A stretch of DNA of 64,000 bases from an uncultured virus (IMG/VR IMGVR_UViG_3300028557_000015) (Duplodnaviria; Heunggongvirae; Uroviricota; Caudoviricetes), in the IMG/VR virus record IMGVR_UViG_3300028557_000015, positions 1-64,000 of that record; one strand, given 5' to 3'. The notes beneath the pieces are model-generated. The model searched no databases. It had not been told where the DNA came from and worked only from the letters and a program-made list of their open reading frames with translations. Positions 8,592 to 18,999 of this stretch are shown piece by piece. Every line of letters begins with the position of its first letter. Position 1 is the first letter of the stretch. The position numbers and the translations under genes were made by a program.

Positions 8592-9884
8592 TTACCCTTT
8601 TATATAGGGTAGTTCGATTAATTTGTCCAACATACGTGAATATGTTTCAGATAAATTTTTACCTCTCAACACATCATATTGAACTACTTCTTGTTCTAAA
8701 TTAGGTTTAACGTCATTTTCCATCCAGTTAGCGACTTCTTTTGGTGATACTGGTGTAGAATCATCACCCAAGTTATATAACTTAGGTAAATATTTTATTA
8801 ACATATCCTGAATCTGTTTATCCGAATATCCATTTTGTTGAATAAATGAAACATATTTACTCTTAAACATGGTAAATAATCCATATATATGGTCGTCTCT
8901 CCATTCATTGTAATCACTATTGTCCTGAGTTGTTAGAACACCTTGTTTATTAAGAATTTTGGTATCTTCTAGTTGCAGTTCGGGTTGAATAGCTGTAGTC
9001 GGGGAACCGCCGGATGGACGTTTACCTGCTATCCAAGGGATACTTGCTTTTCGTTTTGTGCGGGCAATTAAATCATTTACATTAAGTACTTCTTGCTCAA
9101 TCTGTTTTCGCATACCTATAATAGCATTTTTTTCTTGTTCTATTTCGCTATCAAAATTGTCAATTTGTTTTTGATAACCTTGAACTATATCAGAATACTT
9201 TTTAATTTCTTCAGCAGAATTTTTAGCTATTTGTTGTAGTTCTACATTAGTAGTCTTTTTATAGTTATCTGTTTTATCAATGTAATTTTGAAATCGCATT
9301 TCTTTACTATCCAAATCTTGCTTTGTTTTTTCAAGTTGTGCGGCAACCGCATCATAATTAACATTTGCTTTACTTTGAATATTGTTTACTAGACTTTGTA
9401 ACTTCTTAACATCAGCATCTTCTGCACCATTACTATTAGCCAAACTAGTAATCTGTTGCTCTATCTCTTTGTATTTCTCAGCATCCATACCAGGCTTAGA
9501 TTTTAAATCTTCTAAATCTTTTTGTAGCTTCTCTAACTCATCAGCACTTACTTTAGCCTTCTGTTGTCTATCAGCACTACCAGTAGTTAATGCACCACTT
9601 AGTTGTTTCAATCTTTCAACTTCACGGTCAGTTTCTTGTGCTTGGTCTTCATAATCTTGTAACTCTTGCCCAATAGACTTAATAGCCTTCTGTTGGGTAT
9701 TGATTAAGTTATTTTGTGCATCATCAGTTTTTTGTTGTTTGGCAGCTTTATCAGCTATGTATAAGGACAATGCTTGTTGGCTATCATAGCCAGGAAACCT
9801 CAACATGGCTCTCTGCATCAAATCTTTATCTAAAGATAATGTAGGACCTTTTTGTGCTTCTCTTAACAATGACGATATTTTCAT
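8592..9884 (-). CDS. coiled-coil protein, possible internal head protein
   Basis: Long K/Q/E heptad region; N-terminus MKISSLLRE resembles a prohead-protease-cleaved leader. Confidence 0.5.
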   Translation of the reverse strand: MKISSLLREAQKGPTLSLDKDLMQRAMLRFPGYDSQQALSLYIADKAAKQQKTDDAQNNLINTQQKAIKSIGQELQDYEDQAQETDREVERLKQLSGALTTGSADRQQKAKVSADELEKLQKDLEDLKSKPGMDAEKYKEIEQQITSLANSNGAEDADVKKLQSLVNNIQSKANVNYDAVAAQLEKTKQDLDSKEMRFQNYIDKTDNYKKTTNVELQQIAKNSAEEIKKYSDIVQGYQKQIDNFDSEIEQEKNAIIGMRKQIEQEVLNVNDLIARTKRKASIPWIAGKRPSGGSPTTAIQPELQLEDTKILNKQGVLTTQDNSDYNEWRDDHIYGLFTMFKSKYVSFIQQNGYSDKQIQDMLIKYLPKLYNLGDDSTPVSPKEVANWMENDVKPNLEQEVVQYDVLRGKNLSETYSRMLDKLIELPYIKG

Positions 9885-9885
9885 A

Positions 9886-12132
9886 TTACTTTTTTAACAA
9901 ACGTCTAATAGTATCTAGGTCTTCTTGACCTTCTGATACAGGTTTTTCTTTATCGCTGTATTCAGCACGAATGTTTTGCATTGTTTTTTCACTAGCATGT
10001 TTTTGACCAGCGGCACGCAGTTTATCCATACCTTTTTTACCGTACTTCTTAATACCAAAAGACGCTTGCAGTGCGCTTTCTTCAATATCATCTTCAACAA
10101 TATCTGAATCATCATTTGGTTTAGCCATACTAGGTTTACCGTGTTGTGATCCTGCCGGGGCACCTACATCTTTTTGTATCTTCTTCAATAGTTCTTCGTC
10201 ACTACCATGACCTAATTTATCTAATACTTTACCACCAACTTTTTTAACTGCATCTTTAACTTTGTCAAACATTCCTTCATCCGTACTCATTAAATCTGAT
10301 TCTTGTAAACCATTACTTTGTAATATGTTAGTAATCTTAAAATATATATTTTTTACTTGGCTTCGTATCTCTGGGCTCATGTCATCTGGAGTAGCATACA
10401 TCATTACTTTTTGTAACATACCTAATTGATTTTTAAGTTCTTGTGCATCATCATATGATACTTTTAAATCAGGTACTCGTTTGATATCATAACCAAATAC
10501 TCTAGCCTCATCCATATCTTCTTCTTTAAAGATACCCAAATCTTTTCCACCCTTCATAAAGTTGCCACCTGGGTCACTAGGATTATTTCTTGCTAATTCT
10601 TTTGCTTTAACATCAAAATCAGGCTTCTTACCTGTCGGTGTTATACCTGCATCTTTTTGTAATTTTGTAATTAGGTCTTCTTCATTGCCGCCACCCAATT
10701 TATCAAATACTTTACTTCCAACCTTTTTAACATTGTCCAATATACCTTCATCCATATTACTCAATGAACGTTCTACTTGTTTTACCCAACCACTTACATC
10801 GCTTGACCCAATTTCTTCAACGTCACCTACAAAATCTGCAACGTCGGCAATAGCAGCCAATACTTTATCAGGACCATGCTTTAATAATTCAGGGTGTTGA
10901 CGTATGATGCGGCGAGTTATTGCACTTACTACTGGATCATCAATATCATCAAAACCTTCATCTATCTCTTTGTCTAATTTGTCAGCAAAGTGTGCAAGTG
11001 CTGGACTCTTGCCTGCCATATATGCATCCACGGCTGCACCTTCATCCATGTCACCCTCTTCCAAATCAAATGCTTTTAAATTCTTAGCGTCTGTTCTAAC
11101 ATTGTGTCCAAGTGTTTCAGCACCAGGTGCCTCTGTTAAACTATCAGCCCACTCACTTAACTCATTGACTTCTTTCATCTCTGCTACTTTCTTTTGTAGT
11201 TTGTTCAATATTGGCATTACACTTTCAATACGTGGGTCTAATGTCTCTTGTACAAACAACTCATTTAAGTTGTTTTCTTCAGTTTCATCTTCCATCAATG
11301 ATGGTGTCCAACTTTCAAAATAACTATTGTAACCACGATGACCAGTCATTCTACTTAATGTTTCACGTAGACCTTGATAGTGATTGATACCTTCATTAAC
11401 TAATCGTTGTGCTGATTCATTGAACTGACCATTACGTGTAGCACGAACGAATGCGCCCATTTTTTGATATTCTTCTACCAAGCTAGTAACGTGATTCCAA
11501 CGTTCACCGTGTGGCTTATCACCTTCAGCAATCAATCGACCATATACACGTGCAATACCTGGCTTGATAGTTGGAGCTAAGAATCTTTCACCTTCACCAT
11601 TCTCTAGGAAGATTTTAGCGATATTACGATAACGTTGTTCACCTTCTTCAATTTGACGAGTGTGTTGTAATACAATTTTTACATTTGGCACAGCATCATT
11701 GTAACTTGCCTTTTTACCCATTGGGTAGTAACCTTCAGATATTCTTTCTTGCTTTTTCATATATTCCCTTTTTGCCATATCGTGTTTCAAATGGTCAATA
11801 TTCTTTAACTCAAAACTCAATTGATATTTTTGTGCGAAACGCTTCAACTGATTTAATACTTTATACCAAGATTCATCTTCTCCGTGACTTTCTTCTTTTT
11901 CACTATTAGCTACTTCATCACTAAAGTATATGCATAATTTATGCAATCCATCAATAGATATAGTTACTTTACCGTAATCTTCTCCGTCTTTGATGAAGTT
12001 GAATTGGAATACTTCTGCTTCTTCTGGGGTAGGAATTTCTTTACCTGAGGTATCTAGCATAGTAGGATCGAACCCTTTACTGTGTAAAAGGTCAAATAAT
12101 GAGCGGTTTAAGGATTCTGAATTTTTTGGCAT
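9886..12132 (-). CDS. large acidic head-associated (core/scaffold-like) protein
   Basis: Immediately downstream of the terminase; many (L/M/I)xE motifs; internal ~35-aa duplication. Confidence 0.5.
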   Translation of the reverse strand: MPKNSESLNRSLFDLLHSKGFDPTMLDTSGKEIPTPEEAEVFQFNFIKDGEDYGKVTISIDGLHKLCIYFSDEVANSEKEESHGEDESWYKVLNQLKRFAQKYQLSFELKNIDHLKHDMAKREYMKKQERISEGYYPMGKKASYNDAVPNVKIVLQHTRQIEEGEQRYRNIAKIFLENGEGERFLAPTIKPGIARVYGRLIAEGDKPHGERWNHVTSLVEEYQKMGAFVRATRNGQFNESAQRLVNEGINHYQGLRETLSRMTGHRGYNSYFESWTPSLMEDETEENNLNELFVQETLDPRIESVMPILNKLQKKVAEMKEVNELSEWADSLTEAPGAETLGHNVRTDAKNLKAFDLEEGDMDEGAAVDAYMAGKSPALAHFADKLDKEIDEGFDDIDDPVVSAITRRIIRQHPELLKHGPDKVLAAIADVADFVGDVEEIGSSDVSGWVKQVERSLSNMDEGILDNVKKVGSKVFDKLGGGNEEDLITKLQKDAGITPTGKKPDFDVKAKELARNNPSDPGGNFMKGGKDLGIFKEEDMDEARVFGYDIKRVPDLKVSYDDAQELKNQLGMLQKVMMYATPDDMSPEIRSQVKNIYFKITNILQSNGLQESDLMSTDEGMFDKVKDAVKKVGGKVLDKLGHGSDEELLKKIQKDVGAPAGSQHGKPSMAKPNDDSDIVEDDIEESALQASFGIKKYGKKGMDKLRAAGQKHASEKTMQNIRAEYSDKEKPVSEGQEDLDTIRRLLKK

Positions 12133-12153
12133 AATGTATTTATCAAATATTGT

Positions 12154-13701
12154 TTAACCCATGACCGCATAAAACGGTAAAGGCATTATAACTTCGTTGT
12201 GGTCTCTGATTTGATTCTCTAAATCATAATGATAGTCACTTAACTGCTGTAACATACGTGTTACTAATAAACTAGCCATAATCAAGTCATCAGTATCACC
12301 AGTTTTAGCGGCATAACTACCACCGTGTGCTACAAACGCTTTTAATTCACTGATAAGACTACGACTATTTACAGTCATCTTCTTGCTTTCAACTAATGTT
12401 TTAAACTTAGCACAACTAGCTAATTTACTCTTATTAGTTGTATTAAACCCTCTACGTCCTTTACCTACCTCACTGATAAAAATACCCGGAATATTACCTT
12501 CCCCGTATTCGTTTAATGATATAATTGCGGCTTCACCAATTCCATTACATTCGATGCTGTAATAGATATTATTGGGTTCATTGGTACATTCAGCAATATG
12601 TTTGTTAATCTGTGCTAATAGTTTAATCTGACTAGGAATATCAGTTTTGTTATGTTTCCATTCACCTACTTGAGTAGTAGTGTTTGCTTCAAAGATTTGA
12701 ATAGCTGATGGATCGCCACCTGTGCCAAGACTTGGATCTAATCCCACACAATATATATTACCCTTACTTGGTTTCTTATACCAACGAACTTGACCTATAC
12801 GACTTACTGGTTCTATGCCTTCCATTGCAATCAATGTGTTTGGATTGATTAATGTTTCATCGGCAATAATAAACTCGCAACCAATTTCACGATTGAAACG
12901 ATCCTCACCAAGCTGTGATTTCATCTCTGCCGCCCATTTGTCATCTCGACCGGGCTGTTCACTCCAATGTGCCCTATACGCTCTAAATCCATTAACTCCT
13001 ACTTCAGTGGTGTTACCAAATTCATCTTCTGTCTTATTAGCACCCTTCCAAATAAATGCAAACTGATCCTCGTCACTGTTTGGTGTACTTGTAATAATAG
13101 CCTTACCACCAGTTGACAATGTAGGAGTAATAGATGTCCAGAATTCTTTAGCAATGCTTGGTCTAACGAATGCGAACTCGTCTAGGTATAGTAATGTAAT
13201 AGACATACCACGACCAGTATTTTCAGTAGTTGTTGCACTTACAATACGACTTCCATTCTCAAAGTCTAATGAGCCTTTGTTGTATGTTGTTACACCTGCT
13301 TTAATATGATCCGGGCAGTTTTCATATGCGTAACGTATACGTTGCATAATCTCCTGAGCACCTGTATATTTGTGTGCCGCAACTAAGATAGTAGAGTCGG
13401 GAACAAACATTGCGTACCAAAGTAGATAACCAGCCGCTGAAGTTGATTTACCTGATTGTCGTGGCATCAAGCTAATTGAATAACGATAATTGTGATATGT
13501 TTCAATCAATCGTTTTTGATAAGCCCAGGGATGATAGACCATACTACCTTTAGTAGGGTGTTGTATAATAAAGAAGTTATCCATAAAATATAGATAACCT
13601 GTATCCGGGTCACAGCATTTTATAAAATCCTGTAGTTCTTTGTCAGTTTTAAAAACTGTTTTAGTATAAGGATTTTTTACTAGTGATGGTGTATTACTCA
13701 T
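12154..13701 (-). CDS. 17: terminase large subunit (T4 gp17-like)
   Basis: PRQSGKST Walker A, LYLDEFAF Walker B, ITSTPN, nuclease GLDPSLGTGGD and DDLIMA. Confidence 0.95.
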   Translation of the reverse strand: MSNTPSLVKNPYTKTVFKTDKELQDFIKCCDPDTGYLYFMDNFFIIQHPTKGSMVYHPWAYQKRLIETYHNYRYSISLMPRQSGKSTSAAGYLLWYAMFVPDSTILVAAHKYTGAQEIMQRIRYAYENCPDHIKAGVTTYNKGSLDFENGSRIVSATTTENTGRGMSITLLYLDEFAFVRPSIAKEFWTSITPTLSTGGKAIITSTPNSDEDQFAFIWKGANKTEDEFGNTTEVGVNGFRAYRAHWSEQPGRDDKWAAEMKSQLGEDRFNREIGCEFIIADETLINPNTLIAMEGIEPVSRIGQVRWYKKPSKGNIYCVGLDPSLGTGGDPSAIQIFEANTTTQVGEWKHNKTDIPSQIKLLAQINKHIAECTNEPNNIYYSIECNGIGEAAIISLNEYGEGNIPGIFISEVGKGRRGFNTTNKSKLASCAKFKTLVESKKMTVNSRSLISELKAFVAHGGSYAAKTGDTDDLIMASLLVTRMLQQLSDYHYDLENQIRDHNEVIMPLPFYAVMG

Positions 13702-13736
13702 AACAAGTATTTAGTTTGGAACAATATCTATAGTAA

Positions 13737-14456
13737 CTAAATTAATTGTTGTATTAAATTACTTATTGCCAAATGTTCTTCATGTATGTTATGGTGTCTT
13801 AATAAAATTTCTTTAAAATACGGATAGTTGACAGATTCACTTAATCTATTTTGAATAGCTAAGTTAGCTTTGATTCTAGGAATATACGATAATGGAATAG
13901 GTTTTTTGTTAACTTGTTCATAGATATAATTCAAATAATCCATTTTAAACAAATCATCAAAATTAACTATATAATTATATTTATCCTCGTATCCACGATC
14001 TTCATTTTGTATTTTGGGTGTGCTGTATAATGCAGTATTAACTAAATAACTTGTATTTTTTCTTATTTCTTCTGTATGATTTTCTATATCTCTTTTATCA
14101 ACAGTTATATGTGGTCTAGTTCTATCAATGCCATAATACAAACTTTTTAACCACCCAAAATATGCTACATCTAATCTTTCTTCCTCAGTAGTGGCAATTA
14201 TTTTTATTTTGATTAGATTATGCTCATCTGCTAATCTAAACATATCATCATAATTTGTTATTGCTTCTGGAAAAGAGTCAATTGTTGAAACGGCTCCATC
14301 TTTCATACTATGAACTTTTACTGTTCTACCATTTACCGGTGGTAAAGAATAGAAAGTTCCATTAATATTACTTTTTCTATCACATAATAAATTACATAAA
14401 AAATCTCCACGGGCGCCAATGCAATATCGCATTAGAAATCTTTTTGGTTCTATCAT
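13737..14456 (-). CDS. hypothetical protein (YxxGAxGDF motif)
   Basis: Likely start ATG 14456 from ATGA overlap with the upstream stop, rather than 14495. Confidence 0.55.
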   Translation of the reverse strand: MIEPKRFLMRYCIGARGDFLCNLLCDRKSNINGTFYSLPPVNGRTVKVHSMKDGAVSTIDSFPEAITNYDDMFRLADEHNLIKIKIIATTEEERLDVAYFGWLKSLYYGIDRTRPHITVDKRDIENHTEEIRKNTSYLVNTALYSTPKIQNEDRGYEDKYNYIVNFDDLFKMDYLNYIYEQVNKKPIPLSYIPRIKANLAIQNRLSESVNYPYFKEILLRHHNIHEEHLAISNLIQQLI

Positions 14457-15142
14457 TTGATGTCTAAAGGTCTTGCTTTTGTAGCAAGGATACAATAATA
14501 TTTTTCTTTAGATGTTACTAGTTCACCGTTTTCACCTGGTGCTTGAATATCAAATTCTAAATTGTTAAAGTAATCAATATTGAATCCACAACGTGTTAAT
14601 AGTGCTGCCAATTGCTGTTCACCTAAAATACTATAATGATTTAAATTCCATTCATGTCTGCGGTCACAGTTTGGCGAGGGGACTTCGATGTAAATCTTAC
14701 CACCTTGTTTTAAGACACGATTGTATTCCATTATACTAAAGATAGGATATGGACTATGTTCTAATGCATGACGTAAGAAAATAAAGTCTACACTTTCATC
14801 AAAGTATCCGTCTTTTTGTGGTAAGAAACTTAAATCATATTTTGCAATAGTATGACCCTTATCTTCACAAATTTTAATATCGCCGGGGCTTAATGTAATT
14901 CCGGTAACATCTGTATAGTTACGAGTTTTCATTTCATCCAAAAAATAGCCCGGGCCACATCCCAAATCTAATATTTTACTATTTTTTGATAAGTTGATCG
15001 GGTCTATGTATTTTAGAACTACTTCTTTGGTAAGATTTTCGTGCATTGGGCTGTTACCCTCGTCATAGATATGCGCTGTGTACAGCCATTCGTTGTAAAA
15101 TTTTAACTTGATTAAGTCTAGTGTGTTGTTGATATCAATCAT
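14453..15142 (-). CDS. class I SAM-dependent methyltransferase
   Basis: ILDLGCGPG, RHALEHS, RVLKQGGKIYIEVP. Confidence 0.9.
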   Translation of the reverse strand: MIDINNTLDLIKLKFYNEWLYTAHIYDEGNSPMHENLTKEVVLKYIDPINLSKNSKILDLGCGPGYFLDEMKTRNYTDVTGITLSPGDIKICEDKGHTIAKYDLSFLPQKDGYFDESVDFIFLRHALEHSPYPIFSIMEYNRVLKQGGKIYIEVPSPNCDRRHEWNLNHYSILGEQQLAALLTRCGFNIDYFNNLEFDIQAPGENGELVTSKEKYYCILATKARPLDIK

Positions 15143-15193
15143 TGAGAATCCTATAAATTATACATTTACTTATTCTCAAAACTGATGGTGAAA

Positions 15194-15568
15194 TTATTTT
15201 TTATAGCCCTTGAAGGGTTTTGCAATACTTTGGGTATTTGTATCGGGTAATTCTTCACTATCTAAATCACCATTATTTAAATCTTTGTATTCTAAACCGG
15301 CAGCTTTATATGCTAATTTAAGCATAGCCTGTTCTTCTTTAGTGTAGGGGTGTGTTGTGTTGTGTTTACCTACCCAACTTTCAGCATCCATTACAATTGG
15401 GTTTACCCCGTCGCTACTTGCTACAGCCATCATTAAGCGATTTAAATCGTATAGTCTATCGTAACTATCTATTTTCTTTGAAAAAATATTTAAACCGCGG
15501 GTAGCGTGTTGTTGTTGTTTAGATATTTTACCAACCTTAGCTTCGGATATAAATTCATTTGCTCTCAT
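15194..15568 (-). CDS. putative internal head protein
   Basis: N-terminus MRANEFISE resembles the T4 capsid-targeting sequence; ends KPFKGYKK. Confidence 0.5.
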   Translation of the reverse strand: MRANEFISEAKVGKISKQQQHATRGLNIFSKKIDSYDRLYDLNRLMMAVASSDGVNPIVMDAESWVGKHNTTHPYTKEEQAMLKLAYKAAGLEYKDLNNGDLDSEELPDTNTQSIAKPFKGYKK

Positions 15569-15942
15569 CTTCTCTTATAACCCTTAAATCCCTTTATTGG
15601 GCTATCTATACCAGTATCAGATGTTTCTTCGCTATCTTTACTTGTAACTAATACTTTACTACCCTTAAGACCCATTTCACCCAAAGCAAAATCAATATCA
15701 TCTGCTACATCTGGATTCATATATCCGGAAACTAGTTGATTTTCTCCCCAAACAGACTCTCTATCCATTTTAGGTATATCACCATTACGTGCAGCCTTTG
15801 CACCTGCCAGTGCTACAGCAAATCTATATTGCAAATATGCATTTTGATTCTGTAATTCTGGTATTACCCAAGTCGCAGGTAATGGTTTAGTAATCCTATC
15901 AGGCAAATTATTTTCCTCGGTTATAAATTCTTTTGCTCTCAT
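15565..15942 (-). CDS. putative internal head protein, paralogue
   Basis: N-terminus MRAKEFITE, ESVWG motif, ends KGFKGYKRR. Confidence 0.5.
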   Translation of the reverse strand: MRAKEFITEENNLPDRITKPLPATWVIPELQNQNAYLQYRFAVALAGAKAARNGDIPKMDRESVWGENQLVSGYMNPDVADDIDFALGEMGLKGSKVLVTSKDSEETSDTGIDSPIKGFKGYKRR

Positions 15943-15943
15943 C

Positions 15944-16765
15944 TTAATTCTCAGTTGTTAAGATATCATTATTCTCTGTGCCTAACACTGAATCAACATA
16001 TCCATTAAGAGCAATATCAACACCCGGGGTGATTTCACCAATGAACGTAACTTGAGATGCTATAAAGTGTAGTATGAATGTGTTTGCAATAGGATTAGCA
16101 AGAATTCTAACATTACCACCACTTACATCCATATCGTATCTAGTCAATGCATTACCTGCAAAGGTCATAGCATAACCAGTGAATTTCACTGCGTTATTGT
16201 TATTTGTAAGTTGTGCTGAAATTGTGATATCTTGGCTATCAGGAGTTCCCGGATCACTTGAACGAATTTGAAACATACCCTGGGTGAATGCATTTGCCGG
16301 GTATTCATATATAACTTGCCCTGCAGTTAATCCACTTGTGTAAACATTACTTGTATTAACAGTAGTAAAGAATAAATTACTAAAGTTATTGTTAATTTTA
16401 CCAAACGCAACTCGTAAGGGATCACCTAAACCATCATTGGGTGTTACACCAATGTTAATATATTCTTGTGCTCCGTAAGGTCCTTCACTGGTAGTGAATG
16501 ATAGTAACTGTGGTTCAGTATAAGTAGATTCAACAATTTGTGTCGTGTTGAATATAACCTGACCAATATTTAAAATATTCTGTGTGCCACTATTGTTGGA
16601 CACATTGCCTTCAGGAAATTGTGAGGAATCAATTAACTCTACATTGGCACCTATTGTGGTGAATAAGTTAGCAAAATTGTTGTTAATTTTATCAAATGCT
16701 AAACGAAGTGGATCACCAGAACCGTCGTTGGGTAACTCACCTGTTTCAATAACTTCTTGTGTCAT
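15944..16765 (-). CDS. baseplate/tail protein with two gp9/gp10-like N-terminal motifs
   Basis: Two copies of PNDGxGDPLRxAFxKINNNF; late box at 16787-16794. Confidence 0.7.
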   Translation of the reverse strand: MTQEVIETGELPNDGSGDPLRLAFDKINNNFANLFTTIGANVELIDSSQFPEGNVSNNSGTQNILNIGQVIFNTTQIVESTYTEPQLLSFTTSEGPYGAQEYINIGVTPNDGLGDPLRVAFGKINNNFSNLFFTTVNTSNVYTSGLTAGQVIYEYPANAFTQGMFQIRSSDPGTPDSQDITISAQLTNNNNAVKFTGYAMTFAGNALTRYDMDVSGGNVRILANPIANTFILHFIASQVTFIGEITPGVDIALNGYVDSVLGTENNDILTTEN

Positions 16766-16792
16766 TATAATTCCTAGACTATAATGTATTTA

Positions 16793-17065
16793 TCAGTTTC
16801 CAAACATACCTTTGGGTTGTTGGATGATAACTTGACGCTTACTACGTTGGATTTCTTGTAGTGCTTTGATAGCTTGTATCTTTACTTCGTTGTCTGAACT
16901 TTTAACCATTTCAGTTAAGGCTGCTATACGTGCGGCTTCTGCTACGGTAGCATCTCTGCTCAATGACTTTTGTGCTTCTACATATACTGGATAGTTATCT
17001 ACTGTTGCACAACCCGTCATTAAACACAATGCTAATAATATGCTACTATTTTGCAATGTTATCAT
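16793..17065 (-). CDS. putative lipoprotein
   Basis: Lipobox LMTGC after a hydrophobic stretch; start moved to ATG 17065. Confidence 0.55.
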   Translation of the reverse strand: MITLQNSSILLALCLMTGCATVDNYPVYVEAQKSLSRDATVAEAARIAALTEMVKSSDNEVKIQAIKALQEIQRSKRQVIIQQPKGMFGN

Positions 17066-17309
17066 AGATTTTCTTCTGTGCGTTGTACCAATCTTGCCAA
17101 CCATCTACTTTTGCACTACATTCCCAATACAATGAATAGTTGTGTACGATAACTTTCATCATTTCAGTAATAGCTACTTTGTCACCCTCAATCTTTTTAA
17201 GGTCTTCGCATTTCTTCATAAGTTCAGGGGTAGCATTAGGGAATTTCTGAGTTACAGGAACTGTAGTTGAACATCCTGCAAGCAATAGAGCAACTAATAG
17301 ATATTTCAT
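17046..17309 (-). CDS. o-spanin (Rz1-like) lipoprotein
   Basis: LLAGC lipobox, P..LMKKC..L and NYSLYWEC motifs; overlaps the i-spanin candidate. Confidence 0.65.
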   Translation of the reverse strand: MKYLLVALLLAGCSTTVPVTQKFPNATPELMKKCEDLKKIEGDKVAITEMMKVIVHNYSLYWECSAKVDGWQDWYNAQKKIYDNIAK

Positions 17310-17764
17310 TTTGATGCTCCTTTATTCAACTCAGCGGCTTGATTATGCAAGTCTATGAATTCTTTAGGAACAGGGCAGTTTTCAATGTACTTGATAACTT
17401 CCTCTTTTTTAATGACTTCTTTATCAATGTATTTGATAATGTCACGGCCCTTTTCACGGATAACTTTAGTCTTTTCTACAACTTTTTCCTGTATTTCAGC
17501 ATTCTTGTTTGCAGATTGTGCCTCAGCTTTTGCTACTTTAGCTTCCATCTCTTTAACTCTAAGTTCCCATTCTTTATAGTCGGCTAGGCCGCCCTCTAGA
17601 TATACACCCAATACTAATACAATCAAGCTAATGACTTGTATTGCTAGTTTATAGGTTTTAACAAAAGGAATAAATCCTAGGACGAATCCTGCTATTGTGC
17701 CCAAAATACCCAATCCAAAGATTGTATGTATTGCGGCTTCGGGTAGTATTGATAGTATCCACAT
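17306..17764 (-). CDS. i-spanin (Rz-like) membrane protein
   Basis: N-terminal TM helices, coiled coil, CPVP..F...HN C-terminus; ATG 17764 lies 5 nt after a late box. Confidence 0.65.
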   Translation of the reverse strand: MWILSILPEAAIHTIFGLGILGTIAGFVLGFIPFVKTYKLAIQVISLIVLVLGVYLEGGLADYKEWELRVKEMEAKVAKAEAQSANKNAEIQEKVVEKTKVIREKGRDIIKYIDKEVIKKEEVIKYIENCPVPKEFIDLHNQAAELNKGASK

Positions 17765-17768
17765 AAAG

Positions 17769-18827
17769 TTATTTATCAAAAAATAATTTTAATTTATCCG
17801 AAATATAGCTTACTTCTTCGTCTGTTAATTCAGGGTACATGGGCAGACTTATTACTCCCCTAGAAAGCATTACACTAGTGCTTAATAAATCCGGCTTTGT
17901 TAATCTTTGGCCAGTGGGTAAATCACCTAGTACATATTCATAATGAACTTTGCTATCTATTCCGTGTTCTTTTAAATATGATTGTAATCTATTTCTATCA
18001 TCCATGTACATTACAAACTTTTGATGTGCGTGAGGATCTTTGGTATCTGATAGGCAACGTAAAGGTAGTTCTTTAAACTTCTCGCACCAGTACTTTGCTA
18101 TCTCACCTCTACGGTTTTGCCACTCATCAATGTACTTTGCACGAACCATAATCTGAGCACAATCTTGTTCACTCATCTTGCTATTAGTTCCTACATCGTG
18201 GAATGCAGGTTTGTTATTATCTCTATGTGTTGCGGCATATAGGTATAGTTGTTCATCATTCGTGACAATCGCACCACCATTACCTGAGCTAGGTAAGTTC
18301 TTTGTGGGGTCAAAACTGATAGACATACCACTACCAACATCACCGTCACAAACTAACCAATGCTGTGCCCCATCTACAATCACTGCATTTGCACTAGCAT
18401 ATCCTGCAATAGGCCAGGGCTTGCGACCTGCATAACCCATTACACAAGTATATCCCTTAAGACTATTCTCTACATCAATAACACCATTCTTATCTGTGTC
18501 AACTAACTCTACATCCCATCCTGCAGTCAGTAATGAGTTTAGTGTTGCCGGGTATGTTAAATTAGGAATACGAATCTTAGGAGTATTTTTAAATGTTTCT
18601 AAGTGTTTCTTTTTCTTATATCTTGCGATAATTTCAAGTGCTTGTGTGCCGCTATGAACTGTTACTACATACTTTGTTTTAGTACGATGTTTCAGCCATT
18701 CTTCAAACGATCGGGTATAATGACCACCTACAAGTTGACCATCTTTGAGGGCACGGTGAGTTGCATCAAGCAACTCTTCACCTATATTCTTATATTGTCT
18801 TGCTAGACCAAAGTGAGGGATTTGCAT
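17769..18827 (-). CDS. DegT/DnrJ/EryC1/StrS PLP-dependent sugar aminotransferase
   Basis: SGTQAL, VDGAQ, SFDPTKNL (PLP lysine), GGAIVTND, SLPMYPEL. Confidence 0.92.
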   Translation of the reverse strand: MQIPHFGLARQYKNIGEELLDATHRALKDGQLVGGHYTRSFEEWLKHRTKTKYVVTVHSGTQALEIIARYKKKKHLETFKNTPKIRIPNLTYPATLNSLLTAGWDVELVDTDKNGVIDVENSLKGYTCVMGYAGRKPWPIAGYASANAVIVDGAQHWLVCDGDVGSGMSISFDPTKNLPSSGNGGAIVTNDEQLYLYAATHRDNNKPAFHDVGTNSKMSEQDCAQIMVRAKYIDEWQNRRGEIAKYWCEKFKELPLRCLSDTKDPHAHQKFVMYMDDRNRLQSYLKEHGIDSKVHYEYVLGDLPTGQRLTKPDLLSTSVMLSRGVISLPMYPELTDEEVSYISDKLKLFFDK

Positions 18828-18999
18828 TTTTTGCCCAAGCTATATATCCACCATTAGTAACAGACCATGGGCAATACTGTTCCCACAATGCCTTTGATTG
18901 GTCAGGATGTTCTTTCATCAACTTGTCTATATTGATTCTAGATTTATATCCAGCTAGAGTCCAATCATGTGTTTTTAGTGCAGTTTCTAATTCATTCAT
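18790..18999 (-). CDS. hypothetical protein
   Basis: 69-aa ORF coupled to the epimerase; LKTHDW motif. Confidence 0.55.
   Translation of the reverse strand: MNELETALKTHDWTLAGYKSRINIDKLMKEHPDQSKALWEQYCPWSVTNGGYIAWAKNANPSLWSSKTI

Noticed and set aside
5884..13701. Inteins or introns in UvsX, SSB or terminase
   Set aside because: Lengths are normal and no intein splice motifs or frame breaks were seen
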